Notes under the pieces: model-generated
What the model was told of the DNA's origin: nothing
The model's database searches: none
Seen by the model: only the letters and a program-made list of their open reading frames with translations
Made by a program: the position numbers and the translations under genes
Shown: piece after piece, positions 1 to 13,942 of the stretch
How the letters are laid out: each line of letters opens with the position of its first letter
How positions within the stretch are numbered: position 1 is the stretch's first letter
Source: Eledone cirrhosa
Lineage: Eukaryota
NCBI GenBank assembly: GCA_964016885.1
Contig: OZ024750.1
Span: 40,424,001-40,488,000 of the forward strand
Direction of reading: 5' to 3'
Length of the DNA: 64,000 nucleotides

Positions 1-357
1 ATATATATATATATCTATATATATATATATAAGTACCAGAGATCTACATGAAACGCATCGTAATATAAAATGGCTGAAAAACTTGTTCGTTACGATTTAC
101 TGAACATTGTTTCCGATAGGTTTTGTTTTTTCACTTTACAGAAAAAAAATTAGCTTTACTAACGAGACTAAATATACTTTATACGATATAGTTACAAATG
201 ATTCAAAGAAACTTTATATTACTAAATTGTTTAATGTCCCCTATCGTCCTATTCACGCTTTTTTTTCTTCTTTAAAACGTCTGTATTACACTCCAACCAG
301 ACACGCGAAAACTGATGTATTCAAGGGTTCGTGTCGTGTTGTGGTAGGGAAATTTAC

Positions 358-389
<32 letters not shown>

Positions 390-879
390 CCTCTCTCTTA
401 CTCTAGAAACTAATCTCCATGTTATCCGTTTCACATAGAAATTTTCATCGATTCTGATAGAATCGGGTTTGTACTGAACGAAAGATCTTATAAAAGGACA
501 TCAGATAGTTTCCAGAACATGTCTCGTACATTTATATAATCCTAATTGGTCTTATTTTTAACATATTTCATAGTAATAACTCTAAAGTGATATAAACACA
601 GCGATATGTCCTTTATACAAGCAACTGTTTCACATTTGAAATGTTTTGTTCCGATCCTGACTTACAACTATAAATATAACCAGTTAACTAAATATATAAT
701 GCATATATTCCTCCACCAAGTCTTCATGTCTTGCGCTCATTAGTTTATGAACTAATTAATGTAATGATAGACAGCATCTTTGACTTCTCGTTAAAGCTGG
801 AAAGTACTCCCTCCTCTATAACGTAAGTTTCTGGAGTCCAGATGAGTATCTTAATGGAGTACTGCTGCCATTATTTCAT

Positions 880-1050
880 GGCGGTGTAATACAATTACCC
901 ATGTTCCATGGGTTGGTCCCTCTCGGGAATTGTCTATTCTTTACTATGTCCTCTTATCACGTCAATCCTCTCTGGAATTCCCTCCCTGCATATTTCTTTG
1001 ACTTGCAATTGTTTTAGGGGAAACGTTAATGGTATCAATCTCATTGGCAT
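880..1050 (+). mobile_element. Decayed CR1/L2/Jockey-group LINE 3' end
   Basis: PLWNSLPAYFFDLQLF..NVN resembles the terminal WNSLP...DL..FK..VN motif. Confidence 0.5.
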
Positions 1051-2079
1051 GGAACAGATTTCAGCCCAAACTAATAGCGACTTGCATAACTGAAGGGTAA
1101 TTTAGAGGAAGAGACCACTTAACCCTATATATTTACCATATTGTCACTGTAAAGGTTTCATCTCACATAATATCGAATCTTCAGACCTCAATGTTTAAAA
1201 GAATAGGAATTATCATTCTCACGCTCTCTCAAAACAAACTATTGCATATTTTCTGTGCAACCCTACTATAGCGCGTTCATAGTTCCCCACAATAATTCTA
1301 GAGAAACTTTCTTTAATATAAAATGTAGATCTCAACCCTACCCCAACACACAAATCTACCAATTGTTTGAGACAACCAAACATTCCCCTACTTCATTATT
1401 TTTTTTTTCACTGTTTCGTCTCCATTGAGGTTCGTGCAAATATCACGTGACTACTGTTACCTAGACTTGTTTGTATAAATATTGGTGTAGGATTAGTTAG
1501 TTTTGTGGCTTGGAGACAATATTTGAAATGTCATACAGTGCTAGGTGTCTCGTCGTTTTCTGTCTGAATGTCTGTACTCTCTCTCTCGCTCTGTGTGCGC
1601 GCGCCCCGTACACCACAAATATGTCTATCGAAAGTTATATCAAAATGTCAGTAAATGTGGAGACCCGATACATGACCCCCCCCCCCCCCACACACACACA
1701 CACCTCCCTTCATACCTAGTTTCCACATAGGTGCAAGAAATTAATTTAAAGTTCACTTAAATTGCTATATGACCGAACTGAAATAAAATTACAGGAATTC
1801 ACTTTTTGTGGGGGGTGGGGTCTGGGACGGGGTGAGTTAAACCGAAATGGTTCTTCATTAGTTTTATATTCCACACTACTGGGCTGGAATCCCCCCCCCC
1901 TCCCTCGGGAGTTGGAATATCTATTTCAACGCGTCTCCCTTACCACCCTCCGTGGTAACGCTATCTCCGTTATGTCCGCTTGGAATCGCGCTACTTTTTT
2001 TTTGGGGGGGGGGGGGGGTCTTGCGCGCCATACATCAGTCCTCTCCCACAAACACGACCCGGTCTGTATTATTGGAATA

Positions 2080-2240
2080 GTGGATTGGCAGTATCGGTAG
2101 AGGGTCGGACGCCATGCCCTTTAAGGTCTGAGTTCAAAACCCGCCGAGGTTAACTTTGCCTTCCATCCTTACGGGGTCGATAAAATAAAGTACCAGTAAT
2201 GCACTGGGTAATTGCTGGCATTGTGCCAAAAATAAAAACA
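2080..2240 (+). mobile_element. tRNA-headed SINE, family 1 (octopus-SINE-like)
   Basis: A-box-like tggcagtatcggtag, B-box gagttcaaa.cc, conserved body gccttccatccttacggggtcgataaaataaagtaccag. Confidence 0.85.
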
Positions 2241-3439
2241 ATTGGAATAGCGATGTTTCAGGACACTTTGGGTGGTTTATAGCAACAAGACGACGCAGAA
2301 TAACTTACAATGTTAAGACTGCTGCTACTTCCACAGCCATCCGTTCTAGATATGTTTTAAATCCATTTGTTTGTTATTCCTTCAGACTACGAACATGTTG
2401 CTGACCCACTATGGTTTAGTCGGTCATATCGATCTTAGTACTTATTTTTTCAATTCTGGTACTTATTTTATCGATGTTTATAGTTATTTTTTTTAATTTT
2501 CGAACTGTCCCGGTCCCACACGCACACCCGACGTTTCCGTTTACCAAGTTCCACTCATAAGATATTAGTCAACCCAAGACACTTGGAATCATGTTACGAA
2601 ATGAATCCTCTAACCACACAATGCCGGCGCCTATCATTTTTTTATGGTGTTATTTCTTTCTGAATTCAATGACTATATTCCCTCTCGGGGAATATTTTCT
2701 AGGGGTAGGACTAGATGTGAAAAGTTGTCAAAGACCACTAAATTCATAATTTCAAGTCCCGCGGGGCCACTAATACGAATTTTTTCTTTTTTTTTTCTTC
2801 TTTAAAGATAAATACATGTGTAAAATAATGATCAGAACTTCTACTTTATTAAACAATACTGAAGTGTACGTGTATCATATTGTCGATAGATGATACATGT
2901 GTGTAAAATTCTTTCATGGAAGTTTAGTTCTTTACTGACGAGAAACATTTTTAGGTGTAATAAAATATATTTTACTCGAATATTATTTTTGTTCTATTAT
3001 TGATAAAACATAAAAATTGCAAATGTCCAAATTTTTCTGTGGACCACCATTTTCTCTCTGATCACCAGTTGACGATCGCTGGTGTAGAATGTAATTACAT
3101 TTTTATATTGTCACAAAGAAAGTCGATTAAACCGACCACGGCGTATTACTGTGCTTTATTTTATCGACCCCCGTAAGGATGAAAGGCAAAGCTAACCCCG
3201 AAAGCTAAACAACGGCTCTACCTTACAACTATCGGTGATATTTTATCCTTGGGGTGGGTGGTGTGCAGTTATCTTTTTTATTTTTTTTATTTTTTTTTTT
3301 TAAATTATTCAATATTGGTGTTTGAGACATTGTCTATTTTGCTACACCTAATTTATTACCCCTTATTTTATCTTCCCCGAGAAACCCTTTATTTAACAGG
3401 GAAGCCTTTTTAGGTTAAGAACCATCCAGTCACTTCCTG

Positions 3440-3690
3440 TTTCACTCTTACAACAAAACACCGGGTGGTAGACATTTGTCTGTAGATCAACCGATTTGAC
3501 GGCATACTTCCCTTCTATGGGCAGCTATCAAACCTTTCTTTATTGCTTTTCCAACTTCCTATATGACTAAATGTGGTTTCAACGTGGTTAAACAGCTTCT
3601 TGCTAAATAAAGAAACCGCCGGTTTGTACCGAAAGGAGGCGCTGGTTAAAAAAAAAAAAAAAAAAAAAAAGTGGTGGGGGGGAAACACTG
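3440..3690 (+). mobile_element. hAT transposase C-terminal (dimerisation domain) relic and element end
   Basis: LWAAIKPFFIAFPTSYMTKCGFNVVKQLLAK*RNR resembles the hAT F.TSYLCE.GFS....K.RNRL motif. Ends ggaaacactg. Confidence 0.65.
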
Positions 3691-4287
3691 AGTTAAATGG
3701 TTAAAGTGATATCTGTGAGATTCAGTAAGGAATGTCTCCTCGCTATATGCAGACAGTAACGCTTCTGCAATTTTGTTTACTGAAACTATATAGCAACATC
3801 CTGATAGCTTTTGCACCGAAGAGACGCACTAGAAGGAACGTGACAATCTTTCATTGGTTGATACGTCTTGTGACACCACACCACACCCATATCACACCAC
3901 GTAAGGGTGCTCTGAAACTTAAAACTTGAGGAAGATGACGAAATGGAAGTCACTACAACAGTGGAGGCCATTCTCCAATTCACAATAAGTAACTTTAAAA
4001 AAAAGAATGTGTCACTGCAGTGAAGCACACGCTTATTATACCCCCCCCCCCCTTCTTCTTAGTTGGTCATGGTTTAAGGGTTTATATATATACATATCGA
4101 CAGTCGATCGACTTTCGTCAAATCGGACCGAGGAAACGATATTTCCAGTGGTCTTTCCAATATCGGTCGCAACTCCAGGTAGAAGGAGCAACGTGAAATA
4201 GTGTCTTGCTCAAGGACATAACGCATCGCCTGGTCCGGGAATCGAACTCACAATTGCGAATCCAATTCTCTAACCACTCAGCCACGC

Positions 4288-4323
<36 letters not shown>

Positions 4324-4579
4324 TTAAAAAGTGAGAACGACGCTGTGTGGTTACTAATAATTATTTAGAAAACGTGAGAAACTTCGCTTTTCATCCTTAC
4401 GGGATCAATAAGATAAAGTACCAGTAATGCACTGAGTAATGGCTGACCTTCTGCCAAAAGTAGAAACAATTGTATATATATATATATATAAATGAAGTAT
4501 TTCCGTAGTAAAGGAAAAGAGTGCTCTATGTAGGCTACAGGGCTTTTTAGTTATGTAATAAATAACATAAGAGAATTAT

Positions 4580-4637
4580 TTCATTTACCAGTGGTTTCTA
4601 GAAGACAAATATTTATGTCTTCAGTCGTCAGAACGAA
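4580..4637 (-). ncRNA. Type-I hammerhead ribozyme motif in a fold-back element (about 4547-4734)
   Basis: Minus strand reads ttcgtt-CTGACGA-ctgaagaca..tgtcttcta-GAAAC-cactg-GTA-aatgaa. Stems I, II and III pair. Confidence 0.75.
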
Positions 4638-4754
4638 TATATTGATCTCACGACTGAAGACAGATATAAACATCTGTCTTCAAGAAACCACTGATAAATG
4701 AAATAATTATCTTATGTTGTTTATTACATAACTATATGTATATATATATTATAT

Positions 4755-5347
4755 GGTAGCTGCCAACTCGTTTTCGAGTACGGCCACTACTTTATATCCA
4801 TGTAGGAGAACCCTTACCGATGCGCTGAACGAGTGTGACTTTTTAGTCCAGCCAGCGACTTGAAAACTCTGGTACAAACACTACACTTGTGACAATTATT
4901 GACACATAGTGCTGGTACCATCTGACAAGTGCAGAGAGATCTCCAGATATAAAGCAATGCCTCTGCCGTGAAGCTTTTATAGTGAGCAAAGGCACTGCAC
5001 AAAGCCAGTCCCACTCTCTTAACCAAGATGATATTTACCAAAAAGAACAAGTCAACATCATTGGATATCATCAGGGTTGCAGGTGTTATATCAGAGTTTT
5101 CCTTCTCCTAGAATTCTGCCTTGACAAAGGCTAAGGGGCCATCTCTCCCGGTGATTTTGGATGGCGATTGACTCTTAAGAGCTCCTTTGCCCTTTGACAG
5201 GTTTTGTTTTTAGTCCTGCAGGATGTCCAAAATCACCCTCCTCACCAAGAAACCTTGGTGGGGTTGCCAGTTTAGTCGCCAACGACCTGACCATGAGACA
5301 GGTTGTACTGGGATACATGTTACCAGTAACACCAACTGGTGACCTAA
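4755..5347 (-). mobile_element. About 590-bp non-autonomous RTE-derived element (longer copy)
   Basis: Same family as 63444-63860. Ends with C..C.R.F.S..GL.SH.R.H then a short 3'UTR, typical of RTE ORF ends. AT-rich tracts on both sides. Confidence 0.7.
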
Positions 5348-5426
5348 CATATATATTATATATATTATATATATATACATACAATGATATTAAATGAATG
5401 GAAACTATATTTATAAAACCATCATT

Positions 5427-5491
5427 TATTTTATTATATATATTTCAAGGGCAACCAATACAATATTGGTACGCTTTCATCAGATAAAATA
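5427..5491 (-). ncRNA. Minimal type-I hammerhead ribozyme motif
   Basis: tattttat-CTGATGA-aagcgtaccaat..attggttgccctt-GAAA-tatata-TA-ataaaata. 8-bp stem I and palindromic stem III. Confidence 0.8.
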
Positions 5492-5924
5492 CAAAGTTTG
5501 TTTTATTAATAGAGACGTACCCATGGAAATGATACCTTATCGGTTGGAAATTCACTGGGTAGTATATAATATATATATATATATATACTACCCAGTGAAA
5601 TATATATATATGACTTCTTGTTAGGCAACGAAGCAAGCATATAATGTAGATAAACTTAGGAGTAGTAGTCGGGTAAAATTAACCACATTTGCGACTTCGT
5701 TTCAAAATGCAACACACACACACATACACGCCGTGCACACATATATCAAACATATACAAGTGCACACACACACGTACATCGAGAAGATGTCATTTGACTA
5801 CGTGAGGCCCAGTAACCATCATCTCCACTTTCCGCAAGCAGAGGGGGAGAAAGAGAGAGACGCACACCATATGCGTACATCGAGATGTCATGCAGACTAG
5901 GTAAGCCCCAGTAACCAGCATGCT

Positions 5925-7033
5925 CACATTCCACACACACATACATACATATACATACATAGATACGCACACATACACACATACATACATACATACACAC
6001 ATATACACTCACAGAAACATACATATACACTCACACAAACACATTCATACACACATATACACACGCATACACTCACACGAAGACATACATACACACTCAC
6101 ACATACATACACACTCACACATACATACAGACTCACACAAACACACACACACACTCACACTCATATATCTCTCTATCGTCAACTATTTTGTTGCCCCCCC
6201 CCCCTTTTTTTTCACGATCCTATGTCTTCCATTTTGGATAAATGACGTCTCAGAAAGTATTTGGAGGTCAGACAGCGTTCCTTCTATCAAGTGGTTACTG
6301 CAAAGTAAACATGGCCGCCCCTTCTTTGCTTTTGCACTGATTTTAACTTCTCTTTTTCTTTCTTTACTTTCTTTTTCTTTTTTGTCGTCGTCTTCTTCTT
6401 TACCTCTTTCTTTCTTTCTTTCTATCTTCTTCTTCTTCTTTACCTTGTTGTTGTTCTTTATCTTCTTCATTTTCTCCTTCATTTAGTTGTTGTTGTTCTT
6501 TTTTTTCTTCCTTACCTTCGTTTCTTCTTTTTCTCCTTTACCTTCTTTTTCTTTTTCGTTGTCGTCTGCTTCTTTACCTCTTTCTTTCTTTCTTTCTTTC
6601 TTTCTTTTTCTTTACCTTCTTCGTTTTCTTCATTTTGTTGTTCTTTTACTTCTTCTTTACCTTCATTTCCTTCTTTTTCTCCTCCTTTACCTTCTTTTTC
6701 TCCCCCTTTACCTTCTTTTTCTCCTCCTTTACCTTCTTCTTCTTCTTCTTCTTCTTCTTCTTCTTCTTCTTCTTCTATGTCGTTATCTGGCTGTGTTAAA
6801 TAGAAAAACTAGATGGTTGCTACTAGAAATATATTTATCTGGACGGTGAATAAATAAGTTGACAAGGCCGTCAGTGAGTGCGCTTTAGGGGTGAATGAGG
6901 GGACATAGGGACATCTAGACAGGGGCTTGAAGAAACAGAAGAGAACTGGAAATATTTAGACGGAGGAAGGTGAAGTAAAGAAGAGAGAGACACAGACTGT
7001 ATACACACACACACAGACAGAGAAAGGAAAATG

Positions 7034-7079
<46 letters not shown>

Positions 7080-7160
7080 CATTTTCCTTTATATATATAT
7101 ATATATATACACATACACACACATATATATATATATAGAGAGAGAGAGAGAAGCATGTAT
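5925..7160. repeat. Low-complexity block: CA-rich, polypyrimidine/(CTT)n, (TA)n
   Basis: Direct reading. Many other (TA)n, (CA)n and (GA)n tracts occur throughout the window. Confidence 0.9.
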
Positions 7161-7484
7161 ACATACGTGTGTTAGTGTGTGTGTAGTTGGGGGTGGGTTG
7201 AAAGCGGAAATGAGGAAGAAAAAAAAGGAAAGAAGATAACAAGCTGGGAGTTCTATTTTCAAAAGATGTTTCTTTTATTTATATTTTTCTCTCTCTGTCC
7301 ATAAATTGTGGGTCTTGGTATATTCTTGGAGAATCACCGTTTGAAATTATAAACCAGTGTTTTTAATTAAATATCTTTGACAAAGAAGCCGCCTGCATAG
7401 TGGTTTCACTAACCAAAATCAATTTCCTCCTTGGAATCAAACACTCTATAATCAGGAGTGACGACAAGCACCCTAAGCTACTGT

Positions 7485-7990
7485 GAAGGCACATGGTGTA
7501 GTGGTTAGAGCGTTAGACTAACGTTCGTGAGCTTGAGAGTTCGATTCCCAGACCGGGTGGTATTTTGGGTCAGGGAGCAAAACATTATTTTACGGTGGAT
7601 TGGCAGTATCGGTAGAGGGTCGGACGCCATGCTTTCCAGCATAGTTACGTCCCTTTATGATCTGAGTTCAAATCCCGCCGAGGTTGACTTTGCCTTTCAT
7701 CCTTACGGGGTCGATAAAATAAAGTACCAGTAATGCACTGGGTAATTGCTGGCCTTGTGCCTAAAGTAGAAACAATTATTTTACGTTGCTCCAGTTTACT
7801 AAGCTGTTGAAATGAGTTGTGACATCTCTGGTGCCAAGCTGTATCAGCCATTGCTTTTCCCTTGGACAACATCAGTGGCGTGGAGAGGGGAGACTGGTAT
7901 CCATGGGTGACTTCTGGTCTTCAATAAACACCTTTCCCGGATTTGTCATTCGTGACCTAGGCTTACAACGTGCGACCCTCCAGTGTTATG
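7485..7990 (+). mobile_element. SINE family 2 interrupted by a family-1 SINE (about 7595-7775)
   Basis: Head ggcacatggtgtagtggttag..gagttcgattccc. The insert is flanked by the duplication attattttacg. Other family-2 copies at 17800-17925, 42410-42820, 4185-4290(-). Confidence 0.75.
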
Positions 7991-8507
7991 CGTCCCCTTC
8001 TCCCGAAATAAAATATTATCAACTTTGATAAACCAACTAACATAGATTTTGAAAATCACTCAGCCAGCAATTTCTACTACTCAGTCCTCATTCAGCCACA
8101 CAAAAACAAAAATTATAGATCATAACACGACACTACCCACTCCACCACTTTATTTCCAGTGAATGTGATTAGTGGATTATGTACTTATCGTAGATATAGA
8201 TATTTAATTTAACTATAAAGCTTTGTGTAACATCGTGCATCACATATGTTGAGTGTCTAGGCTGTAGTAATAGGCTATTGAATTGTAGTGTGGATTCAGT
8301 CACTGAAACCTGATATCCGGGTAATAGCCGCTTCCACAAATTTAAACTTTAAAAAAAACCCTAACCCTAACCATAACCCTGTCTGAAATATATTTCGAAG
8401 AATAGACTCTACCACATAACCATCGACTTCACCATAATCATTTTTACTTTTATCACAACTCCAATTTTTGGACGTACCAGGGCAAATAACACATTGGTCC
8501 TTTACAG

Positions 8508-8808
8508 CAGAAGTCCCCAACCCCTGGGTTGTGGACCGGTACCAGTTCATGGATCATTTGCTTCCGGGTCGCAAAGAAATAATTAACTTGTTTAAAATGA
8601 TATAATAGATAAATTGATTATTGGACTTTAATTTAAAAAGATTTATTCAATATTCATCTACTTTTTCTTCTCTTTAATAAATTACACTTTTTATTATTGC
8701 TCTCTTTATCGAAATCTACTTAAATAACACATATGTCCAGCTACCGGTCCATGTAAAGATTGTCCGACATGAAGCCGGTCTGTGGTATAAAAAGGTTGGA
8801 GACCTTTG
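8508..8808. mobile_element. hAT-type MITE
   Basis: TIRs cagaagtccccaacc / ggttggagacctttg. 8-bp TSD ctttacag (8500-8507) / gtttacag (8809-8816). Confidence 0.75.
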
Positions 8809-9685
8809 GTTTACAGACAACAGATCAACATTTGAGAATCAAGATATTGCCCTAAGCATAAATGTTATGTGGACTAGGTGAGATTCGGCTGGTCTCGCAT
8901 GAGATTATCCAGCCGGATCAACGGGAGACAGTCGCTTCTGACAGGACCTATTGGAAGGAATGTTTGAGGACTCTGCCTCCAGGAATAAGTGGGCGAAACG
9001 AGAAGGAGAGAAGAAGAACTAGTAGTAGTAGTAGTAGTAGTAGTAGTACATGGAACTTCCTATACGTATGTATGTATTTTGTTACCAGGATGTTTTATTA
9101 TGTAGGAACATTGGTATTAGTGTAAGTCATTGTTTTATAATCGATATATTTAGTATTTACGATATAGTACGTAATAAGGTTTTTTGAAATTGTGTTGATT
9201 TCAGTCACTGAGACCTAATATCACGGTAGTAGTCGAACTTTGTTTTTAGAAAAACTATACATGAGTACATACGGTCAGTGGTGGACTAGGTCTAAAGATA
9301 TTGGTTGCCAGGAGATAAAGGAGATGGAGACCACCTACATATAGAATGCTTTCATTTAATTTTTATAATGAAAAAATAACATTTTCAAAAAATACCTAAG
9401 TGAATACAAAACAGCGGAATCAAATTTTTGCGGAAAAAATGTTTGTTTTTTTTACTAATTATAGTGTATATATACAGTACATATTACTGGCGGTATACAG
9501 TAATACTAAATGTTAATGCATAATGTTATAATTGAATTTTTAAATAATTGTGAATATATAGTATACTGTTATTTAGAGTAGAGTATGCAAGTGACCGTTC
9601 TTACCTTCTTCAATATAAAGTACCGTACGAAATATACACCTCCAGAGGCTTTCAATAATGACCTTTGGTCTTTCACATTCATTCG

Positions 9686-9738
<53 letters not shown>

Positions 9739-10347
9739 TGTCTATATTAAGTGTAATGAATTCTTTTACAATGAAATTAGCTCAAAGAAAGAAATATTTC
9801 TGACCCGTGTATAAATAAATTAATATATATGATGAAACACAAATACCAACATATCTGTATTTATATTGCAAAAGAAAATTTAGCTAGAATGAAGTATACT
9901 AATTATAATATTACAGTCTGTCCATATCGATTTAAAATAATAAATCAACAAATGAATGTATATATATAGTGTATTTGGTAATACACTGTATGCTTAATTA
10001 AAAGCATTCTGAAGACCTTACACTATTGTTTCAAAGTAGTGACTATGTCACTTACTTCTTTTTTTCAACAAACAATTTTTGCTGGCCCGGCAACTGCTCT
10101 GTATAATCAGTTCCTGATTATTACTGGAATTCTATAAGAATCCAACATTCATAATTTTCAACAAGCAAAGGGAGTGCTAAGCTCTGAGGAATACCAACAG
10201 TATGAAACAGAGATCTGTCAGCTTATCTCCCTTTGTTAGTTGAAAAAAGAAGTAAGTGACATAGTCACTACTTTGGAACAATAGCGTAAGGTCTTCAGAA
10301 TACACTATATATACATTCATATATACATCGCTAGTAATAATATTAAT

Positions 10348-11245
10348 AATCGTTTCTACTTTTGGCACAAGGCCAGCAATTTCCTAGTACATTACTGGTA
10401 CTTTATTTTATCGAGCCCGTATGGATGAAAAGCAAAGTTAACCTCGGCGGGATTTGAACACAGATCATAAAGGGACGTAACTATGCTGGAAAGCATTCCG
10501 ACCCTCTACCGATACTGCCAAATAATGATAATTGTTTCTACTTTAGGCACAAGGCCAGCAATTACTCAGTGCATTACTGGTACTAAATAATGATAATAAC
10601 AAAAGATGTGAAGACTAAAATCCGAAGAGGACTCGATAAGGACTATATATATATATATAAAAAGCTTAGAGCAGTTTCAGAAGATCCCGTTAAGGGTGAA
10701 AAGCAGCGATTCTTTAATCTGTTATTTTAATAAATGTATTTATATAACTGGGAGTGTGTGTATGTGTGTACATGTACATGTGTATATATATATTTATATA
10801 TATGTATACATACATTTTTTTCAATTTGTACAAAATCTATTTAGTGACTCATTCTCCCTAGGTACTTTAGATTGAAGAACTGACCACTAATTGATTTTAC
10901 ATATGTCTTTAGCCCATTGATATTAAGAACTATTCGGCCAGCAGCTCGTGTGTATGTGTCAGTATATATATATATATATATATATAGTCCAGAAATAGCC
11001 GTCGGAATGGCTTGAGCTCTGCCGTCGGGGTTAAACTTTTTCCTATATATATATATATATGTAATAATTGTTTCTACTTCTGGCACAAGGCCAGCAATTA
11101 TCCCAGTGTATTACTGGTACTTTATTTCATCGACCCCGTAAGGATGAAAGGCAAAGTTAACCTCGGCGGGATTTGAACTCAGAACGCCATGATTTGACGT
11201 CAAAACATGGCGTCAGACCCTCTACCGATTCTGCCAATCCACCTC
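10348..11245 (-). mobile_element. SINE family 1 copies (10348-10585, 11065-11245)
   Basis: Reverse complement of the family-1 consensus. Confidence 0.85.
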
Positions 11246-11631
11246 CTATATATATATGTAATAATATTGCCAGAATTATATATATATATATAATAAATGT
11301 TCGGTGAATCCATACGTACATATATACATGTGTGCATGTATGTATATATATATATATACATACTACTGTATGTCTGTAATCATATATGTCTGTACGTATA
11401 CATACTTATATTTAAGTAACAGCCGTACTAAGAGTGAGAAATGAAATTTCGTTTCATTTTTTCCGTTTATATATATATATATATATATAGGAACGAGTAG
11501 GACCCCGACGGCTGAGCTCAAGCCGTTTCGACGGCTAATTCTGGACTGGGTCCTACTCGTTCCTACTACCCTAAGTATTGAGTACTTTGGTGCGTTATGG
11601 TCCATCTGGTTCCTTACCACATTTCCTTCGT

Positions 11632-11685
<54 letters not shown>

Positions 11686-11950
11686 TGTATGTATGTGTGT
11701 GTGTGTAATAATATTCCCAGAATTATATATATATATTTTTTTATCATTTATTTTGTTTGACCTGTTTAGCTTGACTGTTTTTTTGTTTAGGTGGTTAATG
11801 CCTTCTTAACCACTTTTTCAGTTTTAACTTATTGTTTTAACTTATTGTTTAGCTCTAGTTTTTGTTAACTATTGAGCGCTTGCCAGCATTTCTACGATTT
11901 TGCGTTTCGTTTCGCTTTTTCGACCAGCCGAAATACGATTCTCGCTGAAT

Positions 11951-11974
<24 letters not shown>

Positions 11975-11981
<7 letters not shown>

Positions 11982-12488
11982 GATCGAGTATCGAAAAATC
12001 GGCGCACGAGTTCACGATAAACAATATTCGAAATGAGCGGCAGAGGGCTCAATAATTCAGATGAATCAGAGCTATAACTATCGTTAAAATACCGTCACAC
12101 ATAGAACAAGTCTACAATCAACCATACGATAAAAAATCGATAATAGAAGATTCGGGGCAAACAGATAAAAAATATCAATAAAACAATACATCAATAATTT
12201 AAATGAATGTAAAATCATACCCGGACCCACTAGAAAGGTGTTAAATCTAGCTTCTTGGGTTTCTGTAAATCCTTAGACTGTACTCTATCAGCTCACATAT
12301 AAATATAAAAGCCTACTAGAGCAAGAGGAATGGAGTTTACTTCATCAACGAGCTTTTTCCTAGCGGATAAGGGGCTAACCACAAGTGAAATACGCACATG
12401 GCATTCGACAAGGGAGATAACCTCTACATCCGCGAAAACTATTCGAGGAAATGTGGAAATACACATATCGAATAAGAGTGCTCAATAG

Positions 12489-12568
<80 letters not shown>

Positions 12569-12750
12569 CCCGAATTACTTGATCGTTTTTTTTTGGCTAT
12601 GCGAATGATTGTTTAACCATCGTCTCAGTGTGTTTGGCCTTTAACGTTTGTTATAGCTCTGGTTCATCTGAATCATTGAGCACTTGCCGCACATCTCGGA
12701 GGTTGTTTTTCGTTATTTCGTGGCCCGAAATGCGAATCTCGATAATTTAT
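11975..12750 (+). mobile_element. Decayed Penelope-like 5' region with an inverted partial repeat
   Basis: 12236-12340 reads, with frameshifts, KVLNLAS..CTLSAH..KSLLEQ.GMEF, like the PLE N-terminal V.NLS..L..E..LL..GL.F motif. 12035-12110 is inverted at 12625-12690. Confidence 0.45.
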
Positions 12751-12754
12751 GTTT

Positions 12755-12817
<63 letters not shown>

Positions 12818-12972
12818 TGTGGGTATGTGTGTGTCCATGTATGTATGCATGCATGAATGAATATAGTAAGCTATAAATTCAGACAACCAGTAATTTCAGC
12901 TGTTAATATCATCATATATTTTGGTTTCTATTAATTCTCCAGGGAATTGTTTGACCAAATGCTTTGCTTATT

Positions 12973-13036
<64 letters not shown>

Positions 13037-13038
<2 letters not shown>

Positions 13039-13235
13039 CGAAGGAAATGTGGTAAGGAACCAGGTGGACCATAACGCACCAAAGTACTCAATACTTAGGG
13101 TAGTAGAGTGGGTAATAGGAACAAGTAAGACCCCGACGGCTGAGCTCAAGCCGTTTCGACGGCTAGTTCTGGAATTAGTCCAGAATTAGCCGTCAAAACG
13201 GCTTGAGCTCAGCCGTCGGGGTCTTACTTATTCCT
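13037..13235. mobile_element. Penelope-like pLTR fold-back remnant, family A (also 10987-11044, 11488-11632, 13983-14176, 25867-26050, 46594-46792, 50046-50241, 61526-61725)
   Basis: About 55-bp inverted arms carrying GAAAC-ggc-ttgagctc(a/t)-gcc-GTC-ggggtc (hammerhead 3' half), plus a one-sided extension of about 75 nt. Bordered by (TA)n. Confidence 0.75.
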
Positions 13236-13368
13236 ATATATATATATATATAGATGAGATTCTACAGAATGAAACAGTTCTAGTCCTGTAGAATCTCATC
13301 TATATTAAAACTTTTATACTCTGCTATGTATTGAGTACCTTACTTACTGTGGTTACCTCCGATTCAAT

Positions 13369-13442
<74 letters not shown>

Positions 13443-13623
13443 ATATATAATATATATATAGATATATTCGATATGCCTCATATGAAATAATACAGCCAAT
13501 TTTCCACGCAATACTTTTAGTTACCACCCCGAACGCTTAATTAGGAATATAATCACTTATTTCCTAATGTTTGTTGAGTGAGTTGGAATTTGGCCGGAGT
13601 ATCGCTAAAAAGCTTTCTCCGAT

Positions 13624-13690
<67 letters not shown>

Positions 13691-13884
13691 TCAGGTTTGA
13701 GGTTCACCACTGTATAGAGCTGGTCTATTCCGTATGGTCAATCGTAATGCAATAATATAGAGAGTACTCAACGTAAGGCAGTTCAACCGTCTTTGTTTTT
13801 GTAGTTGGTGGTGCTATTACGGAGTTAAATATTGTAATGAAATGACAGGAGGCTGGATTTGTGTAAATCCTTGAAAGGTTTATT

Positions 13885-13942
13885 ATACTATGATCATTTC
13901 AATGACCGGGTTCCGTATGAATCCGGTGACATCATCAGGTAT
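13885..13942 (-). ncRNA. Minimal type-I hammerhead ribozyme motif
   Basis: atac-CTGATGA-tgtcaccggattc..gaacccggtcatt-GAAA-tgatca-TA-gtat. Palindromic stem III (atgatcat). Confidence 0.8.

Noticed and set aside
5215-5345. HDV-like or twister ribozyme at the 5' end of the RTE-derived element
   Set aside because: Has hairpins and a gcgactaa motif, but I could not assign consistent P1/P3/P1.1 or twister pairings by eye. A covariance-model scan is still worthwhile.
6183-6849. Lys/Glu-rich and Leu/Phe-rich ORFs
   Set aside because: Polypurine/polypyrimidine low-complexity sequence.
8357-8380. Telomeric (CCCTAA)n
   Set aside because: Only 2-3 degenerate units.
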